A stretch of 24,507 nucleotides of DNA from a virus (lineage: Duplodnaviria; Caudoviricetes). Each line of letters begins with the position of its first letter. The first letter of the stretch is position 1. The stretch is from IMG/VR virus record IMGVR_UViG_3300017658_000245, positions 1 through 24,507 of that record, one strand, 5' to 3'. Shown in pieces: positions 6,002 through 14,016 of the stretch. A model generated the notes under the pieces. That model was given only the letters and a program-made list of their open reading frames with translations. It had not been told where the DNA came from and did no database searches. The position numbers and the translations under genes are program-made.

Positions 6002-7791
6002 CAACGGCACGCCGCAAGCCTAGTCGGTCACGCGCGTCGGCTGCTCCGGTCTCTCCGCATGCTGCTGACATTGCTGCCTATATGAAGGGCGTTCTCTCCG
6101 GAGAAATCGTCGCCAGTCGGCGGGTAATTGCCGCCGTCAAACGCCAGCTGCGGGATCTCGAGCGGTCACGCAAGGACTGGGAGTTTGAATTCGATCCGGC
6201 GACGGCTGATCGGGTCATCAACTTTATCCAGTGCCTGAAGCACACGACGGGCGAATTTGCGGGCCAGCCGTTTCTGCTGATGCCGTGGCAAAAATTCGTC
6301 ATCGCGGTCTTGTTCGGCTGGCGGCATAAGACCACCAAGCTCCGCCGGTTCCGCCGCGCGTTCATCACTATCGGACGTGGCAACGGGAAATCCCCGTTGG
6401 GGGCAGCCATGCTGCTCTACCTGCTCTGCGCGGACGATCCTCCGGAGCCGCGCGCCGAAGTCAAGATCGCTGCCACCGAACGGGGCCGCGCCGCGGCGAA
6501 CAGTGGAGCCATGATCGTCTTCAATGAATGTTGCCGGTTCATTCGCCATTCTCCCGCTCTGTCACGCGCCTGCAGCATTCTCACGGAAGCCATCGTCTTC
6601 AATAAAACCGAAGGGGTCATTAACCCATTGGGTAAAGAGGCAAAAACTAAAGACGGATTTAATATTCATGCGTACCTGGCTGATGAACTGCATGAGTGGC
6701 GTGAAGAGCATCAGGGGACATGGGATAAGCTGGAAACGGCGATGGGGAAACGCCGGCAGCCGCTGGGGATTGCCATCACTACTGCCGGCACGAATTACAG
6801 CGTGCTCTGGAAACGGATTCATGAGCAAGCCACAAAAGTTATCAAAGGTGTCTATGCGGATGAGAGGCTGTTCGTTTTCCTGGCAGAAATCGACATCGAA
6901 GAGGACGGCTTGCCCGGTGATGATCCATTTGATCCGGAAGCGGAAGCCAAAGTCTGGCCGAAAGCAAATCCTAACCTGGGGATCTCTGTAAAAACCGATC
7001 ACCTTCACGAACTGACCAACAAGGCAAAGCATGATGCCAGCGAAAAGTTTTTACTGCTGCGCTATCACCTGAACGTTTTCACAGCCGGTGTCGAACGCAT
7101 CATGAACATGGCCGAATGGGCGGCATGTGATGAGCTGGAGTTACCGGAACTCGACCGACGTGTTTGCCATGGTGGAATTGACCTGGGTTGGCGTGACGAT
7201 TTGGCGTCTTTCTATCTGTGTTTTCCTTTGCCGGACCAGCGCTATGCCGCGATGGGGTGGAACTGGATTTGCGAGGATGCTCCCAAACGAGATTTGTCAC
7301 GGGAGCCGTGGGCAACATGGATCAAACAAGGGAAGCTCATTGTCACACCCGGGGACGTCTTTGACCCGGCACAGATCATTGCCAAAGTGGCCTGGGCCAA
7401 AAAGCGGTATCGGTTGCAGACAATCGCACTGGATCCCAATAACGCCCGCTCCGTCGAGGTGGAACTGGTCAATCGACATTCCGTGCAGGTTTATAGTTGC
7501 GGTCAAAACCCAAAAAAATTCAATGAACCGATCAAATCTCTGCTGGAAACGGTCTCTGATCAGCGACTCGTTACCGGAAAAGATCAACTTTTGGCCTGGG
7601 CGGCATCGAACATGATCGTGCATATCGGTCGTGATGGACTGATGATGCCGGACAAGAAGAAGTCCATGGAGAAAATCGATCCAATCGTGGCTTTTCTGAT
7701 GGCTTATAGCGAGTGCCTGTATGCCGGCGCACCGAAGGCGGCGTACAACGAACGCGGACTGCGCCGCATTCGGGAAGTTTCGTCAGATTAA
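5998..7791 (+). CDS. terL: Terminase large subunit
   Basis: PWQKF, Walker A GRGNGKS, Walker B YLADELHE, ITTAG, KANPNLG, nuclease GIDLG and KIDPIVA. Confidence 0.97.
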   Translation: MTTARRKPSRSRASAAPVSPHAADIAAYMKGVLSGEIVASRRVIAAVKRQLRDLERSRKDWEFEFDPATADRVINFIQCLKHTTGEFAGQPFLLMPWQKFVIAVLFGWRHKTTKLRRFRRAFITIGRGNGKSPLGAAMLLYLLCADDPPEPRAEVKIAATERGRAAANSGAMIVFNECCRFIRHSPALSRACSILTEAIVFNKTEGVINPLGKEAKTKDGFNIHAYLADELHEWREEHQGTWDKLETAMGKRRQPLGIAITTAGTNYSVLWKRIHEQATKVIKGVYADERLFVFLAEIDIEEDGLPGDDPFDPEAEAKVWPKANPNLGISVKTDHLHELTNKAKHDASEKFLLLRYHLNVFTAGVERIMNMAEWAACDELELPELDRRVCHGGIDLGWRDDLASFYLCFPLPDQRYAAMGWNWICEDAPKRDLSREPWATWIKQGKLIVTPGDVFDPAQIIAKVAWAKKRYRLQTIALDPNNARSVEVELVNRHSVQVYSCGQNPKKFNEPIKSLLETVSDQRLVTGKDQLLAWAASNMIVHIGRDGLMMPDKKKSMEKIDPIVAFLMAYSECLYAGAPKAAYNERGLRRIREVSSD

Positions 7792-7800
7792 GGGCTCACT

Positions 7801-9456
7801 TTGCGGAAAACTCACTCAGTATGGCACCCTTCGCCCGCCCTGCTCCGCCAGCGGGCAGGAAAACAGGCGGAAAAACGCCAGCAAAGCCCCATGCAGCGGT
7901 TTCTGACCGCGCGGCGGATGGGGAAGTCCACCGCCAGCAAAATCGTCATCAACGAAGACACCGCACTGAAAATTTCGGCGGTCTTTTGCTCTGTGCGGAT
8001 CCTCTCCGGGCTGATGGCGACGATGCCAATCGATGTTTACGAGCGCAAAGGAGCCGGCCTGTCCGATGCCAAGGTTTCCAGCCATCCGCTGGCGGAATTG
8101 CTGGGGACTCGCCCGAACAGCTATCAGGTGCCGGCGGTATTTGAGGAACAACGGCAGGCCCATCTTTCGCTCTGGGGCAATGCCTATAGCGAGCTGATAT
8201 TCTCCCGCCGGGGGGCGGAGGTGATCAGCGCCATCAATCATCACCCCTACAACGTCGAACCGTTCTGGGACGATCAGAACCGGGCTTACGATGGTCTCCC
8301 TCGTCTGTGCTACCGGATCGCCGGGAAGGAACTGACGATCGATGCCAGCCAGATGAACCATGTTCCCGGCTTCGGGTTTAACGGCATCGAAGGGTTATCG
8401 ACGCTCTCCGCGGGGGCGGAATCATTCGGTCTGGCCGCCAGTAATGATAATTTGGTCGCGCAGTTCAACGGCAATGCAGCGAAGCCGTTCTTGATCATTA
8501 CACATCCCGGAGTGCTGGACGAAGGCCCCTACAACAGGCTCGCGCGGGATGTGCGCGAGGAATATTCCGGGGAGAATTCGTACGGAACATTGATTCTGGA
8601 AGAGGGGATGGAGGCAAATCCCCTGACGATTCCGTTCAAGGATCTGCAGCATCTGGAATCGCGGAAATTCCAGGGCGAGGAAATCACCTCGCGCTGGTTT
8701 GGTCTGCCCCCGCATCTGGCGGGATATCTCGACAATGCCCACTACGACAATATTGAGGAGCAAGACCGGGCATTGCTGGTGTTCACGCTCGCGCCGATGA
8801 TTTTGCGTCGAGAACAGGAATGGAACCGGAAAGGGTTCAGCCCCGCGCAGCAGGGCCGGTTTTATGTCAAATACAACGTGGACGGCTTGCTGCGGGCACA
8901 GCAGAAAGAACGCTATGAGGCGTTCAAATCCGCGATTCAGGCCGGCTGGAAAACCGTCAACGAAATCCGCAAGCTGGAAGATCTCCCGCCCATTGCTGGA
9001 GGTGATGAGCTGCCCCGGCCCGCGAACATCTGGGGGAAGCCGGATGGGGCTGCGCCGGGAGTCGCAAAAGACCAGCGGGAGTTTCAGCGGCAGATTGAAG
9101 AGCGCACGGATGCTGTCCCGGTCCCTGCTCCCCAGATCGATCACAGGCTGGCCGCTCTGACGCTGGATGTGATTCAGTCGCTCCAGCAGGCGGAAAAGAT
9201 CCACGCCGAGCGGGCCGCGCGGCATCCGGATGCGGCCATTCGCATCCGGGAATGGTATGAAGGACATGAGCTGAAAGCCCTGGACAAGCTCAAGGGCTTG
9301 CAACCCGAAGCCCGCGCCGTGCTGGCTCATTACCGCGAACACCGGGAGCAGCTGCTGCGGGCGGTTTCCGATGCCGATCCGTTCCGGGCCGTGGAGGCCT
9401 GTATCGCAGGCTGGAGCGATGATCCACAGCGGCTGGCGAAGCTGCTGGCCACATAA
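7801..9456 (+). CDS. HK97-family portal protein with a C-terminal extension
   Basis: ALKISAVFCSVRILS, HPLAELL..RPN, LWGNAY, GIEGLS, ILEEGM, FGLPPHL, NIEEQ, T.NEIRKLEDLPPI.GGDEL. Exact start uncertain. Confidence 0.95.
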   Translation: MRKTHSVWHPSPALLRQRAGKQAEKRQQSPMQRFLTARRMGKSTASKIVINEDTALKISAVFCSVRILSGLMATMPIDVYERKGAGLSDAKVSSHPLAELLGTRPNSYQVPAVFEEQRQAHLSLWGNAYSELIFSRRGAEVISAINHHPYNVEPFWDDQNRAYDGLPRLCYRIAGKELTIDASQMNHVPGFGFNGIEGLSTLSAGAESFGLAASNDNLVAQFNGNAAKPFLIITHPGVLDEGPYNRLARDVREEYSGENSYGTLILEEGMEANPLTIPFKDLQHLESRKFQGEEITSRWFGLPPHLAGYLDNAHYDNIEEQDRALLVFTLAPMILRREQEWNRKGFSPAQQGRFYVKYNVDGLLRAQQKERYEAFKSAIQAGWKTVNEIRKLEDLPPIAGGDELPRPANIWGKPDGAAPGVAKDQREFQRQIEERTDAVPVPAPQIDHRLAALTLDVIQSLQQAEKIHAERAARHPDAAIRIREWYEGHELKALDKLKGLQPEARAVLAHYREHREQLLRAVSDADPFRAVEACIAGWSDDPQRLAKLLAT

Positions 9457-9522
9457 GGGAACCGCCATGAAGAGACAGACGGCATCCATGCTGTTTCATG
9501 TCGCTTATAGAAAGATCATTCA

Positions 9523-10149
9523 ATGAATATCGAACGCCGATTTTTGCAGCTCGAAACCCGAGCAGATGAGACTGACAAGAACACCCTGACCGGCTACGCG
9601 GCAGTCTTTCACAAAGATGGGGACGCCGGCACGCAGTTTGATCTGGTTCCGGGGCGGTACATTGAGCGCTTTGCCCCGGGGGCGTTTGATGAGACGTTGA
9701 AAAGCGATGACATCCTGTGCCTGTTCAATCACGAGCGGTCATTCGTTCTGGGACGCAACAAAGCGGGGACGCTGACGCTCTCTGTTGATGCACGCGGTCT
9801 GAAATACAGCTGCGCATTGCCGGATACCAGTTGCGGGCGGGATATGCGGATTTCGCTGGAGCGGCGGGACGTGTCCGGCAGCTCCATTGGTTTCGTGGCG
9901 GAGCAGGTGACCTGGACTGAAGTGGAGGATGGCCCGACGATCCGCCTGATTGAGCGGGCGAAGCTCTTTGATGTGTCTCCCGTGACCTATGCCGCCTACC
10001 AAGGGACAGAAGCCTCTCTGCGTTCAGCGGGGACGCTGGATGACAAGTTGCAGGCGGAGCTGGATGCACTGCATTCGAAAGGTCGGGAACGCCGGGACAG
10101 GATCCGCAAGCTGAAGATCGCAGAACTCCGCCAGAAAATGTGGTGCTGA
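9523..10149 (+). CDS. HK97-family prohead protease
   Basis: LTGYAAVF, ERFAPGAF, LFNH, SGSSIGF, LFDVSPVTYAAY. Confidence 0.95.
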   Translation: MNIERRFLQLETRADETDKNTLTGYAAVFHKDGDAGTQFDLVPGRYIERFAPGAFDETLKSDDILCLFNHERSFVLGRNKAGTLTLSVDARGLKYSCALPDTSCGRDMRISLERRDVSGSSIGFVAEQVTWTEVEDGPTIRLIERAKLFDVSPVTYAAYQGTEASLRSAGTLDDKLQAELDALHSKGRERRDRIRKLKIAELRQKMWC

Positions 10150-10278
10150 ATGGGCAGCAAAAAACCACAGCCAGTTCCCGATCGTGCCAAGCCGCCGCCA
10201 CCTCCGCCGCCACCTCCGCCGCCGAAGAAGAAGAAATGCTACTGCTGCAAATGCTGTTGCAGAGGGTGCTGTGAATGA
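10150..10278 (+). CDS. 42-aa microprotein with poly-Pro, poly-Lys and a Cys-rich tail (not in ORF track)
   Basis: MGSKKPQPVPDRAKPPPPPPPPPPPKKKKCYCCKCCCRGCCE. ATG directly follows the protease stop; its own stop overlaps the next ATG; Pro and Cys codons vary at the third position. Confidence 0.65.
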   Translation: MGSKKPQPVPDRAKPPPPPPPPPPPKKKKCYCCKCCCRGCCE

Positions 10279-10376
10279 ATCGCAAGGCCGAACGCTGGGC
10301 CGCGAAGATCCGGCAGATGCCCCCAGCGGAGCGGAAAGCGGTCATGCTGCGGTTGATCGACGCGATCCGTGGATGA
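10275..10376 (+). CDS. 33-aa amphipathic microprotein (not in ORF track)
   Basis: MNRKAERWAAKIRQMPPAERKAVMLRLIDAIRG. ATGA-coupled to the previous ORF and ends 1 nt from the convergent XRE stop. Confidence 0.5.
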   Translation: MNRKAERWAAKIRQMPPAERKAVMLRLIDAIRG

Positions 10377-10377
10377 C

Positions 10378-10575
10378 CTATCGGAGCTCCGTCACCTGCA
10401 GGCCCAGCACGCTGGCCAGCTTGTCAGCGGTTTCCAGCTTCAGAGAGCGTTCGCCCCTCATGAAATAATCAATCATCTGCGGGCGGATGCCCGCCTGCTG
10501 TGCCAGCCGATAATGAGTCTGGCCCGATTTGGTGATCGCCTTTTTCAGGGCGTCCGTGATGGTGGATTGGCTCAT
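10378..10575 (-). CDS. XRE/Cro-type HTH regulator (65 aa)
   Basis: ITDALKKAITKSGQTHYRLAQQAGIRPQMIDYFMRGERSLKLETADKLASVLGL. ATG 10575 overlaps the upstream stop (ATGA). Confidence 0.88.
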   Translation of the reverse strand: MSQSTITDALKKAITKSGQTHYRLAQQAGIRPQMIDYFMRGERSLKLETADKLASVLGLQVTELR

Positions 10576-10859
10576 TTTCCTGCCTCCAGCAGTTGACGGG
10601 CATTCTCGGGATGGCCATCGAGAAGGGCGCTCAGGGCCGCTTCCAGCGCCTTGACGCGGGAGTCCATGTGTTGCCACATCATTTCCCTCGCCTGCTCCAG
10701 ATTGTCCGCGTAGGCCGCTTCTTCTTCCGCAATGATCCGTTGCTGGTAGGCCTTTTGTTCCGGTGTGGCTTGCAGGATCACGCGACGGCTGCCGGATGCC
10801 TTGGCCAGCCTCGCCTGTTCAAGTTGTTCCGAAGTCAGTTCAAACTTGTCCATGATCAA
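10572..10859 (-). CDS. Putative antitoxin (helical, 95 aa)
   Basis: Coupled directly downstream of the toxin-like gene; helical sequence rich in Glu/Gln/Ala; no DNA-binding motif seen. Confidence 0.55.
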   Translation of the reverse strand: MIMDKFELTSEQLEQARLAKASGSRRVILQATPEQKAYQQRIIAEEEAAYADNLEQAREMMWQHMDSRVKALEAALSALLDGHPENARQLLEAGK

Positions 10860-11095
10860 CGCTCCACTTCAAAGGCTGTGACAGGTTCCAGATAGGTTTC
10901 ATCAATCTGTTCATAAACGCAGAAAATCCAGCGGCCGTCTTCCAATTGTCCCTCTGCGAAATGCCGCCCCGTTTTCCGGGTCAGACCGGTCCGGGCCGGT
11001 TTCATTACAACAGACTCAAATTCATCGGGAGTAATGCCATGCTGGGCGACATGATCAATCGTTTCTTCCGTCCACAGGCAAATGTACCAAGGCAT
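10856..11095 (-). CDS. BrnT/DUF4258-like type II toxin (RelE-like fold)
   Basis: W.EETIDHVAQHGITPDEFESVV...GR..AEG....GRWIFCVYE.....PVTAF; GGGAG RBS. Confidence 0.75.
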   Translation of the reverse strand: MPWYICLWTEETIDHVAQHGITPDEFESVVMKPARTGLTRKTGRHFAEGQLEDGRWIFCVYEQIDETYLEPVTAFEVER

Positions 11096-11124
11096 TTTTC
11101 CGGCTCCCGTTGTGATGGGAATAT

Positions 11125-11162
11125 TCTATCTTATTTGAGACAGATATCTCAAGTGAGATAGA
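11125..11162 (-). promoter_or_regulatory. Sigma70-like promoter overlapped by a 16-bp-arm inverted repeat (operator) for the TA operon
   Basis: Minus strand reads TTGAGA-N18-TAGAAT. Arms TCTATCTTATTTGAGA (11125-11140) and TCTCAAGTGAGATAGA (11147-11162) match at 14 of 16 positions. Confidence 0.75.
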
Positions 11163-11387
11163 GGGAGGTTTCGGGATTTTTGGGAAAAAGAAGGGCTGCC
11201 GGCTCTCTTTCCCCTGGTCAATCACGTTTTTCGCCCCCTCTGCGCACCGCCCCCCGCAGAGGGTGCAAGCGGGTGAAAACGTACAGACGGATTCACCCCG
11301 GTGATGGTTTTGGCCCCCCGTGCAACGGTTTGGAGGCCGCAAGGATGTTTTCGGTGGCGCGGGTGCGCCAGTCCTCATGGAGGGGCA

Positions 11388-12779
11388 ATGGATCCTTTTT
11401 TGGATTTGGATAAAGAGCTGGAGTTTTCTCAGTACGAAGTGCGCAGTCTGATTGAAGGCCGCGTCAAAATTCTGGCGGAGCTGGAAAAACTGGGACCGGG
11501 CGGTAATCTCGCCGATCCGGCTCATGAGCAGCGGTATGACGGGCTGATCGACCGGGCCACGAAGCTGGATGCCTATCTCGATTCTGCCAAGCGTGTCGAG
11601 AAGCGATCCAGCGCACTGGCCGCCCTGCGTGCCAATGGCAACAAAACGACCGGCAGCGGCGTCCCCGCCGTACCTCCGCCGGCCAACTACCGCGCTGCAG
11701 AGCCTGCGGAAGAGCGGGATCTGCTGGAAAATCTGGATGGCGGTAAGCACAAATACAGCATCCTCAAAGCAGTGGAGTGCATCCGTTCGCATCGTCCCGT
11801 GGATGGCCTGGAGGCCGAAGTTTCTCAGGAGATTGAGAAGCGGACCGGCAAGGCGGCCACCGGGTTTTATGTCCCCTGGACACTGCCGATTTATGGCTCC
11901 GCGCCGGAACAGCGGGCCTTTGACTCAACAGCCGGAACGGGACTGATCCCGAAAATTCAGGCCCGGACGCTGGTGGATGTGCTGCGAAACCGCATGGTCA
12001 TGGCCCGCATGGGAGCCACCATCATGAGCGGCATGGTTGGCATCTTCGATCTGCCCAAGAAAACGGCAACCAGCGCTGCCTACTGGGTTGCCGAGGCCGG
12101 TGCCCCCACTGCCAGCAATGTGACGGTCGGTCAGATTGAGTTCACGCCAACCACCGTGGGAGCTTATACAGACGTCACCCGGCGGCTGATCAATCAGTCC
12201 AGCTTTGATGCCGAGAAGATCACCCGCGATGACATTCTGGCTGTGTTGCAGCTGGAACTTGACCGGGTGGGTCTGAACGGCTCCGGCAGCTCGAATCAGC
12301 CCAAAGGAATTTTGCAGGATTCCGGCGTTTCGGCGGTCTCCATCGGGACTGATGGGGGAGCGTTGACATTCGCGAAACTGGTTGAGCTAGAAACAGCCGT
12401 GGCCGCCGCGAATGCCGACCTGGGGACGCTGGGATATGTCACCAGCGCCAAAGGGCGCGGGCAGGCAAAGACAATCAAGAAGGATGCCGGCTCTGGCATT
12501 TTCCTGTGGGAAAATGATGAGATGAACGGCTACCGGGCGATGGCCTCGAACCAGATCCCCAGCGACCTCGAAAAAGGGGACGGGGAAAATCTGACGGCGG
12601 TCATCTTCGGGAACTTCGCCGATGCCGTGTATGCCATGTGGGGCGGGATCGACATGAACATTGATCCGTATTCGCTCTCCACCAGCGGCGGCGTGCGGAT
12701 TGTGATGCTGGCGGATTGCCAGTTCAAACTCCGCCGAACGGAATCGTTCGCGAAGATTGTCGATGCCGCCACGACATGA
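11388..12779 (+). CDS. HK97-fold major capsid protein
   Basis: ATG 11388 follows GGAGGGG. N-terminal coiled-coil delta domain, G.LIP, AYWVAE, G.GSSNQPKGIL, IFGNF, IDPYS. Confidence 0.95.
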   Translation: MDPFLDLDKELEFSQYEVRSLIEGRVKILAELEKLGPGGNLADPAHEQRYDGLIDRATKLDAYLDSAKRVEKRSSALAALRANGNKTTGSGVPAVPPPANYRAAEPAEERDLLENLDGGKHKYSILKAVECIRSHRPVDGLEAEVSQEIEKRTGKAATGFYVPWTLPIYGSAPEQRAFDSTAGTGLIPKIQARTLVDVLRNRMVMARMGATIMSGMVGIFDLPKKTATSAAYWVAEAGAPTASNVTVGQIEFTPTTVGAYTDVTRRLINQSSFDAEKITRDDILAVLQLELDRVGLNGSGSSNQPKGILQDSGVSAVSIGTDGGALTFAKLVELETAVAAANADLGTLGYVTSAKGRGQAKTIKKDAGSGIFLWENDEMNGYRAMASNQIPSDLEKGDGENLTAVIFGNFADAVYAMWGGIDMNIDPYSLSTSGGVRIVMLADCQFKLRRTESFAKIVDAATT

Positions 12780-12794
12780 TGAGGATGAACCTGA

Positions 12795-12831
12795 CGGCGG
12801 GGGCTGCGGGCCGGCCCCCGCCGGTTTTTTT
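12795..12831 (+). terminator. Intrinsic terminator after the capsid gene
   Basis: CGGCGGGGGCTG / CGGCCCCCGCCG stem followed by G and T7. Confidence 0.85.
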
Positions 12832-12881
12832 CGGCCCCTGAATCCACGAAACATTTCTGTATTAACAAATGTGAGGCCCAC

Positions 12882-13295
12882 ATGAGTGCTGCCCTGGTCA
12901 CTGTCACGCTGCTGATGGGAATGCTGATCGGAACTCGCTGGATGAAGCCGGGCGAGACGATCGACATGGAAGAGGACTACGCCAAAGAACTGGCTGCCAT
13001 GAAACCGCCTCGGGTACAGATTGGCGGGACCGTTCCGCAAGCTGCTCTCCCCGCTGATCATGACAAGTCCGGATCCGAGATGGAATCTGATCCAGATGCG
13101 GAATCCGACAGCCAGTCGGACAATTCTCTGGAAACATTCGGGTTTGCCGGGAAAACCCTGCACCTGTTGCAGGCGGCGGGCATCAGCACTGTGACGCAGC
13201 TCCGAGAAACTATTGACGCTGGCACCAAGATCGAAGGTGTGGGCGAAAAGACTCTGGCCAGCATCCAGGCGCAGCTGGAAGCGGCTGCCGAATAG
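12882..13295 (+). CDS. Post-capsid protein with a C-terminal helix-hairpin-helix (RNAP alpha-CTD-like) domain
   Basis: GAGG RBS. Small N-terminal domain (KPGETIDMEEDYAKEL), acidic linker, then GKTLHLLQAAGISTVTQL...KIEGVGEKTLASI. Confidence 0.65.
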   Translation: MSAALVTVTLLMGMLIGTRWMKPGETIDMEEDYAKELAAMKPPRVQIGGTVPQAALPADHDKSGSEMESDPDAESDSQSDNSLETFGFAGKTLHLLQAAGISTVTQLRETIDAGTKIEGVGEKTLASIQAQLEAAAE

Positions 13296-13298
13296 TTT

Positions 13299-13389
13299 GA
13301 CGGCGGGAGCGCCCCCGGTGTTCCGGGCGCGGCAGCAACGGCGTACACCGGCGCGAGACGCTGCCGCCCCGCTGGTCTTTTATTTTTTT
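13299..13389 (+). ncRNA. Candidate structured RNA element: three-way junction with complementary loops and a U-rich tail
   Basis: P1 13302-07/13368-73; P2 13309-14/13325-30; P3 13331-36/13360-65; loop CCGGTGT (13315-21) is complementary to ACACCGG (13345-51). Confidence 0.45.
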
Positions 13390-13399
13390 GAGGATTTGC

Positions 13400-14005
13400 A
13401 TGGCCTCGCTGGTTGTCTTAACTCCGCCGCCGCTGCCGCTCTCCGCTGCCGACATCCGCGCTCAGTGCCGGATTGACGACAACGGAGAGGATGCATTGCT
13501 GGAAGAGTACATCGCAGCGGCGTCACGCGAAGCCGAAGAGATCACCGGCCGTCCGGTGGGGGAAACGGTCTATCAATTGCGGCTGAACCGTTTCCCCCTT
13601 GACGGAGATCCGATCCTGCTGCCCCGCCCACGTGCGGTCACAGTGGAATCGGTCACGTATACCGATCAATCTGGAGAGTCACAGGAGCTGCCGGCCGAGT
13701 CACGGCAGGATGACCTGTTCAGCGAGCCGGCGCGGATTTATCCCGCCGTTGAATCACAGTGGCCGGAGACGTTGGCCGGGGCCATTAATGTCGTCGTGAT
13801 CACTTTCACGGCTGGCGCTGAGATCGTTGACCCCTTGTTTCTGCAGGCCATTCGGCTGGCAGTCGGGGACTGGTACGAGCACCGGGAAAGCACAGTCGAC
13901 GGCAAGCTCACCCAGCTGCCGAGCCTGCCCAACGGGTTCGATCGATTGCTGAGAACACTTCGATTCCGCTCTCGCGAGCTGGAACGTTTTTTGATGGATC
14001 ACTGA
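13400..14005 (+). CDS. Head-tail connector (HK97 gp6 / SPP1 gp15-like, long form)
   Basis: GAGGA RBS; PLSAADIRAQCRID...EDALLEEYIAAA...AEEITGR...FTAG...QAIRLAVGDWYEHRE. Confidence 0.92.
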   Translation: MASLVVLTPPPLPLSAADIRAQCRIDDNGEDALLEEYIAAASREAEEITGRPVGETVYQLRLNRFPLDGDPILLPRPRAVTVESVTYTDQSGESQELPAESRQDDLFSEPARIYPAVESQWPETLAGAINVVVITFTAGAEIVDPLFLQAIRLAVGDWYEHRESTVDGKLTQLPSLPNGFDRLLRTLRFRSRELERFLMDH

Positions 14006-14016
14006 GGAATTGAGAC

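Noticed and set aside
8422-9489. Long antisense ORFs (8422..9489, 17352..18389, 19079..20488, 5041..5835 and others)
   Set aside because: Shadows of well-supported + strand genes in GC-rich DNA; no recognisable motifs.
9458-9490. ECF-like promoter GGAACC...GGCATC before the protease gene
   Set aside because: Single occurrence with a weak -10 match; cannot be supported.
10150-10164. MGSKK start of the microprotein as a second MGSRG-type tag
   Set aside because: Only three residues are shared and there is no Gly/Arg tail.
10184-10468. Arg-rich ORF MPSRRHLRRHLRRRRRR (protamine-like)
   Set aside because: Alternative frame of the poly-Pro tract; GTG start without RBS and overlaps the XRE gene. 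The coupled ORFs at 10150 and 10275 fit the space better.
13299-13389. Hammerhead or HDV-like ribozyme, or tRNA
   Set aside because: No CUGAnGA/GAAA core, no HDV nested pseudoknot pattern, no cloverleaf or T-loop.
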